52,396 nucleotides of DNA from a virus (lineage: Duplodnaviria > Caudoviricetes), in IMG/VR virus record IMGVR_UViG_3300036829_000063, positions 1 through 52,396 of that record. The stretch is one strand, 5' to 3'. Numbering within the stretch: position 1 is the first letter of the stretch; each line of letters begins with the position of its first letter. Both the position numbers and the translations under genes were made by a program. The notes beneath the pieces are model-generated. The model searched no databases, was not told the origin of the DNA, and worked only from the letters and a program-made list of their open reading frames with translations. Of the stretch, positions 36,549 through 46,280 are shown one piece after another.

Positions 36549-37534
36549 CGGGCCGCCTGCCTTTCCATGTGGAACTCCTCCAGGATTCTCATGGCGTTGG
36601 CTTGATTCTCCGCCTGAGTGGGCATCCGCCGATGGCCCGAACGCGCCAGCCGGACCTGGCGCTCCAGGTCATTCCACGGCCCCGCACCCATCAGCCGCCC
36701 AGCCTCCATCAACTCCTCCGGGTCCGAGCCCTCACCGATGAGCCGCTTGGCATCCCGGGCCACACGCCCGATATACGCCTTAGACGGGACCGGCATCCCC
36801 GCCTCCTCGGCCCCGTCGACGTAGGCCGCCACCACATCCCGGGCCGTTGGTGTCTTGACGACGATCTCCACCGAGGGCATGGCCACGAGGAGACCGGGCA
36901 TGGCCTCTTGGCCGTCCACCTGCTGGGCCGCCGCGCGCTTGCGCGTAGTAGTCACTTCACTTACTCCCTTCACTTGCTTACTTCGGGGGGCCTGTTTCGA
37001 CCCCACCGTGGGGGCCTGTTTTGGGAGTACCGTGGGGGCCTGTTTCGACACCACCCCCGCTGGAGCAGCCAAAACGTAACGGTTGGTGTCTCGATCTCCC
37101 GCTTTGGTGGTCCGGGCATGAACACGGACCCACCCGCCCTCGGCCAGCTCGGCCAGGGCTCGGCGGACGGTAGGAACACGCATGGCGCAGTCGTCAGCCA
37201 GCGTTGGCATAGATGGATGAGCGTCCAGGCCCCGGTAATCCAGCATGGCCCAGACGAGTTTGGCCGCCTTGGAAAGCGTCCGGTCGTTACGGAGTGCCCA
37301 CCGGGCCTCGGCCCGGGATGGCTCCCCCCCGGGAGCCACTAACCGGCGTCGATCACGTGCCGCGATGTTTGCGACTGGGGATGCTGGTAATCTGTCATCG
37401 CGCAGAGCCTCCAGAGGCTTGGTTTGGTCGGGGCCGGTCCTTGTCGGGGGGCCGGTCCCGGAGCATGTGAGGCCCCACCCTACTCCCGCCACAAGGGCAT
37501 CCCAAGCCCCGATAGTCAAGGCCCTCAGCGCCAC
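36545..37534 (-). CDS. Replication initiator with N-terminal wHTH (start uncertain, possibly GTG near 37339)
   Basis: AKLVWAML...HPSMPTLA......TVRRALAEL...GW...TNRY, followed by KQAP peptide repeats that reflect DNA iterons. Confidence 0.75.
   Translation of the reverse strand: MALRALTIGAWDALVAGVGWGLTCSGTGPPTRTGPDQTKPLEALRDDRLPASPVANIAARDRRRLVAPGGEPSRAEARWALRNDRTLSKAAKLVWAMLDYRGLDAHPSMPTLADDCAMRVPTVRRALAELAEGGWVRVHARTTKAGDRDTNRYVLAAPAGVVSKQAPTVLPKQAPTVGSKQAPRSKQVKGVSEVTTTRKRAAAQQVDGQEAMPGLLVAMPSVEIVVKTPTARDVVAAYVDGAEEAGMPVPSKAYIGRVARDAKRLIGEGSDPEELMEAGRLMGAGPWNDLERQVRLARSGHRRMPTQAENQANAMRILEEFHMERQAAR
36945..37050. repeat. Iterons of the probable replication origin inside the initiator gene
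   Basis: GGGGGCCTGTTT at 36986, 37010 and 37034 (24-bp period), next to a lower-GC CACTT/TACT-rich tract at 36945-36983. Confidence 0.75.
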
Positions 37535-37554
37535 GGAGCCGCGTTTACCCAGGT

Positions 37555-37710
37555 CACCCCCACACGTGTGTGGCTTTGATCTGGGAGGCTGTCAGGTGGT
37601 GCAAGTAGCGCACCAGGTTGCTGGACTTTTCTCCGTAATCCCTGGTCAAACTCCCCACGCGTGTGGTCCAATAGGTATTGGAGATGGAGACCACCACGGA
37701 GGGCAGAGAG
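37555..37710. promoter_or_regulatory. Divergent control region with two palindromes (37560-37570, 37653-37666)
   Basis: Gene orientation switches here, and both palindromes belong to the genome-wide family. Confidence 0.7.
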
Positions 37711-37992
37711 ATGGCCAAGCGGGAGAGCACCGGAGAGACCTACCGGGCCGACGACACCGAATACATCAAGATGGTTACCCGGATGATCCGGGCCGCTGGC
37801 AAGCGTGGGGCCAAGGCCGACCCGTACATGCTCCGCCTGATCCACGAGATGCACGCCGCTGTGGACGAGGCCGAGCAGCTTTGCGCCGATGGTCTCCACG
37901 AGGAGCAGGACTATTCCTGGGCCGAGATCGGAGCCGACCTCGGGATCGGGCGTCACGCCGCGATGCGCCGCTACGGCAAAGATGACGCCTGA
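37711..37992 (+). CDS. Small HTH DNA-binding protein
   Basis: YSWAEIGADLGIGRHAAMRRY, an actinobacterial-type HTH. Confidence 0.8.
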   Translation: MAKRESTGETYRADDTEYIKMVTRMIRAAGKRGAKADPYMLRLIHEMHAAVDEAEQLCADGLHEEQDYSWAEIGADLGIGRHAAMRRYGKDDA

Positions 37993-38609
37993 TGGGCCGG
38001 GAGCTGGAGCTGGAGACCGGCCCGCTGGTGGACGTGGTGGACGCCATCTGGGCCGAGCCCGACACAGCCGAGGATTACCGGCTGGACGATATCCAGTACA
38101 GCGAACAGCTAGCCACGCTCATCCGCACGCTGGGTGAGCGTGGCGCTCAGGCCGACCCGTATGCGCTCAAGCTGATAGAGGATCTCCGGGACGCCGTGGA
38201 GGAGGCCGCTCAGATCTGCGCCCGTGGCCTCCGGGCTCAGGGCTACTCGTGGGATGCCCTCGGAGCGGACCAGGGCCTTAACCGCCAAGCCGTTCTCCGC
38301 CGGTACAACATCCCGGGAACAGGTGGCCATGTCTACCGGGCGTATGACGCCAACGACGGCCTTCTCTATATCGGCTCGGCCAAGAACGCCGCCAGCCGGA
38401 TCTCTGCCCACAAGCGGAGCGCGCCGTGGCGTCACCTGGTGGCCCGCTGGGCCGTGGAGGAGTATCCGAACATCAGAGCCGCCCGTAAGGCCGAGCGTGA
38501 GGCCATCCGGGCCGAGAGCCCGGAGTGGAATCTGGCCGGGGTAGACCACGCCACGTGTTCACATGCTCGGTGCCGCCATCCTCCCCGCCGGGTGACGATC
38601 TCCGCCTGA
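37992..38609 (+). CDS. HTH plus GIY-YIG endonuclease fusion
   Basis: N-half is paralogous to the upstream gene. C-half is HVYRAYD...LLYIGSA...R...H...AEREAI..E.P.WN. Confidence 0.82.
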   Translation: MGRELELETGPLVDVVDAIWAEPDTAEDYRLDDIQYSEQLATLIRTLGERGAQADPYALKLIEDLRDAVEEAAQICARGLRAQGYSWDALGADQGLNRQAVLRRYNIPGTGGHVYRAYDANDGLLYIGSAKNAASRISAHKRSAPWRHLVARWAVEEYPNIRAARKAEREAIRAESPEWNLAGVDHATCSHARCRHPPRRVTISA

Positions 38610-38652
38610 CCTCCAGCTCCCAGACTGGCCTCCACCTGATGGTGGGGGCCAG

Positions 38653-38720
38653 TTCCGTATTCCCCACACGTGTGGTTTAATGGGTGCTGGAGAGAGACCA
38701 CCACCCGAGGAGCCCACGGA
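38653..38720 (+). promoter_or_regulatory. Cassette promoter (TTCCGT-17 bp-TTTAAT) with palindrome 38664-38675 and GGAGAGAGAC leader
   Basis: Near-identical to the copy at 46212-46280. Preceded by a hairpin at ~38623-38653. Confidence 0.75.
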
Positions 38721-39619
38721 TGCCAGCAGCGCTGTTGTCGGAACCCTCTCAATCTCCTGGAGATCAACTGTCCGGGACGTTGGAGCTATCCCACAACGGG
38801 CTGATCTTCTACCTGGGCACCCATAAGCCCCGGTGGCTGTGGGCTCCGGAGGTCAACGTCCCGTTGTGCGTGTCCTACCGGACGTTGAGCAAGTACAAGA
38901 TCCGGGCGTCCAAGCCGCGCCGCGCGCTCCAGCCGTGGATCTTGGACTCCGGGGGATTCTCGGAGCTGGCCCGCCACGGCCGGTGGACGATCACCCCGGA
39001 GGAGTACGTGGAGGCCGTGCTCCTCTACGCCACTGAGCTGGGCAACCTGGCTTGGGCCGCTCCTCAGGACATGATGTGTGAGCCTGCCATGATCACGGGC
39101 GGGATGGCCGGGAAGGTCCGTTGCGTGGGGACCGGGCTGGACCTCCCCACGCATCAGTGGCGGACGCTGGCCAACTTCATCCACCTGTGTGATCTGTGGC
39201 GTGAGCGGACCGACCTCCCGTGCCCGTTTATCCCCGTGCTCCAGGGCTGGGTGATGAGCGATTACCGCCGGATGGTGGAGATGTACGAGGCCGCCGGGAT
39301 CGACCTGGCCAGCTTCCCGGCCGTGGGTGTGGGCTCGGTTTGCCGGCGGTCTGAGTCGCTGTCCATCAGCTACATCATGATGAGCCTGGCGATGGAAAAC
39401 CCGGGGATCAGGCTCCACGGGTTTGGTGTTAAAACTCAGGGCCTCGGGAGCTACGCCAAGTGGCTGGCGTCCGCCGACTCCACCGCGTGGAGTCTGGACG
39501 CCACCCACAATCCGCCCCTCCCGGGGCACACCCACCAGCACTGTGGCAATTGCCTAATCTGGGCGTTGCGCTGGCGGGCCAACATGCTGGGCCGGGAACT
39601 CCTCGGCCTGGCCGTCTGA
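38720..39619 (+). CDS. tRNA-guanine transglycosylase-like (DpdA-like) protein
   Basis: LDSGGFSEL, APQDMMCEP, PVLQG, GVGSVCRR, LHGFGVK, SADS.AWS and C-terminal CGNC. Confidence 0.8.
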   Translation: MPAALLSEPSQSPGDQLSGTLELSHNGLIFYLGTHKPRWLWAPEVNVPLCVSYRTLSKYKIRASKPRRALQPWILDSGGFSELARHGRWTITPEEYVEAVLLYATELGNLAWAAPQDMMCEPAMITGGMAGKVRCVGTGLDLPTHQWRTLANFIHLCDLWRERTDLPCPFIPVLQGWVMSDYRRMVEMYEAAGIDLASFPAVGVGSVCRRSESLSISYIMMSLAMENPGIRLHGFGVKTQGLGSYAKWLASADSTAWSLDATHNPPLPGHTHQHCGNCLIWALRWRANMLGRELLGLAV

Positions 39620-39640
39620 TCTCTTGGAGAGGAGACCAAC

Positions 39641-42216
39641 ATGGCGAACGATGCGAACAAGGCCGCTGGGATCACGGGCGGAGGGCCGACCATCCGGGAG
39701 TGGCTCACCACCCATCTGGGTCTGTACCTGCCCGGGGCTACCGGGCCGTCCGGCTGGGATATGGCTCTGACCGCTTGCGCGGGACTGGTCACGGTGGAAG
39801 CTGAGCTGGAGGCTATGGAGACCGCCGGCCTCGTCCAGCGGACCTATCCGGGGCTACTCCCCGGGGAGCGTTCGCTCCCCCCTGGTCTCCCGCCACGGTG
39901 GACGCTCACGGAGTCCGGCTGGGCCGCCGTCCGCGAGACGCTAGCCAAGCTCGACCAGGCCCATGGCTAAGCCCGAGCCCGTGGAGGAGATCCAAGTCGT
40001 GATCCCCACGTGGTTTAGGCCATCCATGGATGTGGTCCTGGCCGCTACCCAGACCGAGCTTTACCGCATCCCCAGCCGCTCGGACGATCTGCCCACGTTC
40101 GGGATCAGGTATACCGACGCGTTTATCGACGCTGCCATGAAAACCGCCGCCGAAAACAACCGGCGTAGAGAGGAGACACCGTGACCACGGATGACGTGAA
40201 GATCACCGATGAGCTGGAGGTCTGGCACTCCGAGGATGGCCGCGTGGGCCTCCACGTGGAGGTCTTGGCCACCGAGGGTCCGGAGCACTGGCAGATGTTC
40301 GGGGAGGTCGACGTCCCGGACGTGGCCGCTCTGGTCCACGTGCTCCTGGACCAGCTCACCGAGGAGGCCAGGGCTGAGCTGATATTCAACCGGGCCGCTG
40401 ATTTCATGGCCCAGCCGGTCGTCTACCGGCCCGAGCCGGTCACCCATGAGGCCACCGACCCTGAGCTGTGGGACACGGACGTGGAGATCTATGTCCTGGC
40501 TTGCACATGCGGGACCTGGGAGACGCGCGGGACCACCGCTGAGATCACGGCCGCGTTTGAGGCTCACCTGGACGCTGAGGGAGTCCCGGCCAACGACCTG
40601 GCCCAGCTAGAGGCAGACCAGCGGGAAGCCCGGACGGACACACTGGCGGCCGTTCGCGCGCTACGCCAGGCCCGGACCTGGCCCCGGACCTCCGCTCTGA
40701 TGAAGGCCGCCGAGCGTCTGGCGTTGACCATCCCCGCCAACAGCCCCGGGGCCGGGGAGGAGATCACGATCACGCCCGGTCCCGAGCTGGCCGCCGCGAT
40801 AGCCGCCCAGGAGGTCCCGGAGATGATCGTTACCGAGGTCACGCCGTATAACTGGAATCCGGTCATAATCGCCACGCTGGCGACTCAGACCACGGACCCA
40901 GCGGACAAGACCACGGCCTATGACGCTCTCCACAAGGCCCAGCGCCAGCTTGTGGCTGAGATCCTGGCCGAGCCCGTGGAGAGCCTAGCCAGCGTGGCCA
41001 AGGCTCTGAGGATCAGCGTGGGACCGCGTACGCCCCGGGAGTTGGCCATCATGGCCGTGGCCACCATCCTCCACCGGGAGCGCGTCAAGAACGCCACCGA
41101 GCTGAGCCGGGCCGTGAGCCAACTCCCGGAGATCCTGGCCACAGCCGCCCCGGAGCTACGCTCGGCCCTCCGGACCATGCTGGCGGACGCCGCCGATGCG
41201 CTGGCCGAGCCGGACCCAGCAACGACCACCGGGACCGCCGCCGCCATGGCCTACATGGCGGACCGCTACGCCCCTCGGGCTGGGAGGTCCGATGCGGAGG
41301 AGGCCCTGGAGATGTACTCCCACACCTATCCCGAGGTCTCCCGGACGCCCCCCCACCAGATTGGTGGGCGTTGCTGGTGCCGGGTGGCCCACAGCCAGGC
41401 CGAGGCCATAGAGCTAAACCGGAGAGCCGGATTCTGATGGCCCTCCACCGCAACCCGGCCGAACTGGGCCGCCGTGGTGGCCGCCGTGGATTCCATCGGC
41501 CCAACTGGGTGACCGTGGCCACGGGCGTCCACAGACGTGACAAATTCTGGGATCAGCGATGCTCCGTGTGCGGCCGTACCCGCCGGATCTGGCGCTGAGA
41601 CCACCACGGCCCAGCAAGCCCTACCGGATAGTGATCCGCCGGGTAGGGCTCCGCTGGGTCTGGGAGTGCGGCCTCTGCCATCCGGCCGTGCTCGGTGGGA
41701 CTGGGAGCTGGGAGCGCACCATGGGCAACGTGGCCCGGCACCAGCGGAACCGCCACTATCACCACGAGTGGACGATCCGGACTCGGGCGTGGGGCTGAGG
41801 CCCTCTCCTCTCGCCGGCCCGCCGTTCCGGAGACCGGCGGGCCAGCTTGGAGAGGAGATTCACACCACACGAGAGCCGCAGCAACCGCGCGGGAGAACGG
41901 GGCCAGAGGCCCCACACAGCCACCAGATAGCGGCCGTGCTTCCAAGCCACACCTTAGCTGATCAAATCGTCCGACCGATACGCGAGAGTGGCAGGGAATC
42001 ACCGCCACCACATCCCGGTTAATCCACCACAGGAGAGGAGTTTCACCGATGGAAACACCCGCCCAGCGGACGCTCAAGGGCCGGGTGGCCGGGCTCAGCC
42101 ACGATCAAATGAGGTTCGCGCTGTTCCTGCTGGCGAACCTGGAGCCGGACGTGGCGGACAAGATCCTGGACACAGCCGAGCGCACCCCAACAGGAGACCA
42201 ACCATGCAATTGCTGA
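39641..42216 (+). other. Hypothetical genes (39641-39970 wHTH-like, 39963-40184, 40181-41437, 41437-41598, 41559-41798, 42049-42216)
   Basis: GAGAGGAG RBSs and coupled starts and stops. Confidence 0.6.
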
Positions 42217-43178
42217 TGGACGCCGCAGACGTAGAGACCCACCGGGATGAGTGGCTCCAGCTCCGCCTGGGCACCCTCGGAGCGTCGGAGATCGGTGGAG
42301 TGGTGGGCCGCGCGCCCGCCACGTACAGCTCCCGATTCCAGCTCTATTGGGACAAGCTCCAGGGCCACGTCAACGACCCCGAGGAGGAGACCGAAGCTCA
42401 AGCCCGGGGCCGTCACCTGGAGCCCTACGTCCTGGAGCGCTGGGTGAGGGAGTATCCCCACAAGCTGGACGTGAGGACCGGGGGTTACTACCGGGCGGAC
42501 CACGCGCCGTGGCAGACAGCCACGTTTGACGCGCTGGGATTCTCGGACCCGATACTCCCCGCCACAGTGGTGGAGATCAAGACCACCCAGAGCCGGTACG
42601 GGGCGGATGGGGAGCTGGTCTGGGGTGAGCCCGGAACGGACCAGATCCCCGATCACTACCTTTGTCAGGTTTACCAGCAGATGGACGTGGCCGGGGCTGT
42701 CCGGGCGTACGTTCCGGCGCTGTTCATGCAAACGTGGCGGTTGGAGGAGTACGTCGTCCACCGGGACGAGGATGTGGAGGCCGACCTGGCTTACCTCCGC
42801 CAGGAGGGCCACAGCTTTATGGACTCTGTGGCCGCCCAGGAGGCACCGGACCCACGGTGGTGTCCCGGCCCGGCCACCATGCGGACCCTCCAGCGCATCC
42901 ACCGGCCCGTGGCCACGGACTTGTCCGTAGAGATCCCCTCCGAGCTGGCGGACCGCCGGGTCCAGCTCAAGAACCGTGTCAAGAACGCAGAGACCGAGCT
43001 GGAGGCCATCGACACCGAGATCCGCCACCTGATGGGGCCAGCCGCTCGGGCCGTGGCCGTGGCCTCCGATGGTGAACTCCGGACCGTGGTGTCCCGGCTG
43101 ATCTACCCCCGCCGGGGCTACGAGGTCAGGCCCACCGAGATAGACATGCTCCGCCCCGGTAACTACGGAAAGGTCTAA
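42204..43178 (+). CDS. YqaJ/lambda-exonuclease-like recombination nuclease
   Basis: EWL..R...LGASE, RGRHLEP, ATFDA, VEIKT, Y..QV.QQM.V. Confidence 0.9.
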   Translation: MQLLMDAADVETHRDEWLQLRLGTLGASEIGGVVGRAPATYSSRFQLYWDKLQGHVNDPEEETEAQARGRHLEPYVLERWVREYPHKLDVRTGGYYRADHAPWQTATFDALGFSDPILPATVVEIKTTQSRYGADGELVWGEPGTDQIPDHYLCQVYQQMDVAGAVRAYVPALFMQTWRLEEYVVHRDEDVEADLAYLRQEGHSFMDSVAAQEAPDPRWCPGPATMRTLQRIHRPVATDLSVEIPSELADRRVQLKNRVKNAETELEAIDTEIRHLMGPAARAVAVASDGELRTVVSRLIYPRRGYEVRPTEIDMLRPGNYGKV

Positions 43179-43182
43179 ACCC

Positions 43183-44274
43183 ATGGCACCGACTCAGGAC
43201 CCGCCGACCGAACCCCAGAGCCAGGTCTGGTCCGCCGACCTGGCCATCCGCCCGGATCAGTCCTGGTGGACAGATGGCCAGATCGTGGCCCTCAAGGGGA
43301 CGCTGGGCCTCCAGTCTGCTAGCGCCGCTGAGCTGGCCGTGTTCTTTCACTACTGCAACCGGACCCAGCTAGACCCGTTCACCCGCCAGATCCACTACAT
43401 CATGCGCCGGAAAAAGGACAAGGAAACAGACCGCTGGGTGGAGTACTGGGTGGCCCAGATCGGGATAGACGGATTCCGGGTGATCCGGGACCGGGTGGCC
43501 CGCCGGGACAAGGTGACCGTGGAGTATGAGGACACCCTGTTTTACAACGCTGACGGGGACGCCTCGGACGTGTGGCTCCTCAAGACCCCGCCGACCGCGT
43601 GCAAGGTGGTGATTCTCAAGGATGGCCTGAGGTTCTCCGGAGTGGCCCGGTTCGACGCCTACGCCCAGACCTGGAAGCCGCGCGCCACCCGGGAGAACCC
43701 GGACCCTGAGCCGGTCCTGGTGGAGATGTGGGCCAGATCCGGAGATGGCCAGCTTGAAAAGTGCGCCGAGGCCAAGGCTCTCCGCCGGGCGTTCCCCAAC
43801 GACCTGGGTGGCCTGTATGTGGAGGAGGAGATGGCCGCCGCTGAGGATGACGCCCCGGTCCACCACTCGGGCCACACCCCCAAGACCCGCCAGCGTCCCC
43901 GGCTCCGCCCCGAGGAGCCAGACGGCCACGCCAGCTCCCAGCCGGACGGGTACTCGGAGCCACGGCCGCCGCGTAACCGGGCCGAGGCCCTGGAGCAGCT
44001 ACACGGCCTGTTCCACCGGGCTGGATTCACCGAGGAGGACCGGGCTCTCCGCCTGTTCCTTATCGGTCTGCTGGCCGTCCCGGAGAACACCGAGCCGCTG
44101 GAGGTCACCACCACGACCGCGCTCGGGGAGGCCGACGCACTGGAGGCTTGCCGGACATTCAAGCTGGTGATGCGGACAGCTCACCGGGAGGATAAGCCGC
44201 TCCGGGAGACGCTGGAGAACATCGCCCGGTCCGCTGGCTTCCCGTTCGCCGGCCCGGACGAGGAGCCCTCATGA
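43183..44274 (+). CDS. RecT/Redbeta-family single-strand annealing protein
   Basis: C....LDPF.RQI, QIGIDGFR, W......L.KCAE..ALR.AFP..L.GLY..EEM. Confidence 0.9.
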   Translation: MAPTQDPPTEPQSQVWSADLAIRPDQSWWTDGQIVALKGTLGLQSASAAELAVFFHYCNRTQLDPFTRQIHYIMRRKKDKETDRWVEYWVAQIGIDGFRVIRDRVARRDKVTVEYEDTLFYNADGDASDVWLLKTPPTACKVVILKDGLRFSGVARFDAYAQTWKPRATRENPDPEPVLVEMWARSGDGQLEKCAEAKALRRAFPNDLGGLYVEEEMAAAEDDAPVHHSGHTPKTRQRPRLRPEEPDGHASSQPDGYSEPRPPRNRAEALEQLHGLFHRAGFTEEDRALRLFLIGLLAVPENTEPLEVTTTTALGEADALEACRTFKLVMRTAHREDKPLRETLENIARSAGFPFAGPDEEPS

Positions 44275-44797
44275 CGAGCCAAGCCCGCTGTGGAGCCCGT
44301 GACTGTGGCGCTCCGATCATGTGGACCACGACCGCCACTGGAGTCTCCCAGCCGGTGGACCAGGAGCCGAGCCCGGACGGAGTAGTGGTCGTCAAGACCG
44401 TGGGCTCCTCCCACCGTTCCTGCGTGGTCATGGATCTGAGCGCGCCGATAGACAAGGATGAGGCCCGGCATAAGCCGCACCACCAGACGTGTCCCTCCTC
44501 GGGCCAGTTCCGCCGGGCCTCGGGGACGGCCACGCTCCGGGATAAGCCCCCGGAGGGTCCGGTCCTTTTCTGATGCCCAGCCTCAACATCTCCAAGGGCA
44601 CACCGTGGGAGAACGGTGGCGTTTACTGCGCTGAGCCCTCATGCCCGTGGTCTGAGGAGTTGCCTGGCGGCCCGGTAGGCCGTGGGTACACCAACGCGCT
44701 ACAGGCCGCCCAGCGTCACCTGGCGGAGGAGCCCGGCCACCGGGTGGACGCTGTGGTGGTCCGCACCCTGAGCGCCACGTTCCGGATGGACCCGTGA
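44271..44797 (+). other. Two small Cys/His proteins (44271-44573, 44573-44797)
   Basis: C...DCGAPI.W...H..TCP and C...SC...H....PGH.V. Confidence 0.65.
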
Positions 44798-45153
44798 TGG
44801 CCAGTATGGATGAGGTCCGGGCGGTCGTCTGGGAACGGGATCAAGGCTCGTGTGTCCGCTGTGGGGTGAACCTCTCCAGCCGGGAGGGTAGCTTTCACCA
44901 CCGCCGCTTGGGCAACCGGGCGGACAACAGGCCATCCAACCTGATCTTGCTCTGTGGCTCGGGGACGACCTACTGTCACGGCTGGGTCCACCACAACCGG
45001 ACGGCCGCGTTCGACGCCGGGTGGATCGTGTCCCGCCACGGCCGCGTGGAGAACACTCTGGAGATCTCGGTCACGTACGGCCAGCCCCGCCAGGAGGGCC
45101 AGTTCCGGCTCCTGGACGAGGCCACCGACGATAAGTGGATGCTGGCCGCATGA
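44794..45153 (+). CDS. HNH endonuclease
   Basis: V.ERD...CVRCG...HHR.......SNL..LC......CH.WVH. Confidence 0.85.
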   Translation: MMASMDEVRAVVWERDQGSCVRCGVNLSSREGSFHHRRLGNRADNRPSNLILLCGSGTTYCHGWVHHNRTAAFDAGWIVSRHGRVENTLEISVTYGQPRQEGQFRLLDEATDDKWMLAA

Positions 45154-45472
45154 GGAGCCCGAGAGCCAGGCTCCGCCGCTGGCGATACAGCCGCAAGATG
45201 GAGCGCGCATTCTGGCGGGCCTCGTCCGTGGCCACCGCCAAGTGGCGGGCCGGGGAGGACTTCTCCCCGTGGGTCCGCCTCGTGGAGGAGCTGGAGCATC
45301 TCCCGGACGAGGATCTGGCCGCCCTGTAAACCTCCCGGCCCCGCCGGGCGTCACACACCACGGAGAGGAGCATCCCGCACGACCGCCCGCTCGGGCGTAA
45401 ACTCACCATCCGTCGAGAGAGAGCCCGGGGACACTCCCCCGGAGATCACACCACCGAACAGAGGAGAGAACC

Positions 45473-46132
45473 ATGGCAGGAAAGCACAGCATCCGGAAGA
45501 TCCGCGAACGGCTCAGCCTCAAGGCCCAGGTGGCCGTCCTGGCCGGCCTCGGTCTGGCCATTACCGGAGCCGTCGCGCTGGACAGCCTCGTGGGGTCCGC
45601 CTCGGTCACCGCCGAGTGCTCGGCCGCCACGTACACCAACGCCGCGAACCCGTCCGGGGCCTACTGCGGAGATCTGGAGCTGGTGGGCAAGTCCCTGGCG
45701 GTCTCCGCCACCAACCGTCCCGTTGCCGGGGCCAAGGTCCAGGTCTTGGCCCTGGCCAAGACCAACGGCAAGGAGGATCTTCTCCAGCTCCACCCCTACC
45801 TGGGGAGTGGCCAGGTCAAGGTGTTCGCCTACGCCCCCCATGGCGTGCTCTACACCGATAACGGGAAGTACGCCAACGGGCTGTGCATCACCGCCAGCTC
45901 CGCCGCCGTCCGCGCGCCGCTGGTCTGGGAGGGCTGTTTCAATAACCTGGCCCAGAAGTTCACGCCCGTGGCCGTCGACGGTGGCTTCCACTGGCGGTCC
46001 AACCTGTCTGGCTACTACATGGCCGACCCCAAGGGGGGCCCGGAGTACACCCAGATGCAGCTCCGCAACTGGTCCAGCAACCCTAACCAGGTGTTCACCG
46101 CTACCGGATTCGCTGGGCCGCCCACGCCCTGA
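45473..46132 (+). CDS. Secreted protein with ricin-B/beta-trefoil lectin-like domain
   Basis: Basic N-terminus plus signal/TM helix, then GLCIT...C....AQKF and ...NQVF repeats. Strong RBS. Confidence 0.65.
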   Translation: MAGKHSIRKIRERLSLKAQVAVLAGLGLAITGAVALDSLVGSASVTAECSAATYTNAANPSGAYCGDLELVGKSLAVSATNRPVAGAKVQVLALAKTNGKEDLLQLHPYLGSGQVKVFAYAPHGVLYTDNGKYANGLCITASSAAVRAPLVWEGCFNNLAQKFTPVAVDGGFHWRSNLSGYYMADPKGGPEYTQMQLRNWSSNPNQVFTATGFAGPPTP

Positions 46133-46151
46133 CGTGTAGCGCTCAGCCGCT

Positions 46152-46197
46152 GGCGGCCCGCTCTGGTGATGCACCCGAGCGGGCCGCCGTCGTTTTA
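46152..46197 (+). terminator. Intrinsic terminator
   Basis: GGCGGCCCGCTC...GAGCGGGCCGCC followed by GTCGTTTT. Confidence 0.75.
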
Positions 46198-46211
46198 CCC
46201 GGCTAACCCCG

Positions 46212-46280
46212 TTGCACGCATCCCCACACGTGTGGTTTAATGGGTGGTGGAGAGAGACACGCCAACCTGAGGAGCACCAC
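46212..46280 (+). promoter_or_regulatory. Cassette promoter (TTGCAC...TTTAAT) with CCACACGTGTGG at 46224-46235
   Basis: Palindrome in the spacer, GGAGAGAGAC leader, GAGGAG RBS, ATG 46281. Confidence 0.8.

Noticed and set aside
38720-39619. Complete 7-deazaguanine (dpd/que) pathway
   Set aside because: No folE, queC, queD or queE recognisable in the window.
45330-45472. Riboswitch upstream of the lectin gene (GACCGCCCGCTCGGGC resembles a ZTP-riboswitch 3' end)
   Set aside because: The required 5' conserved elements were not found, and the similarity is short and GC-driven.
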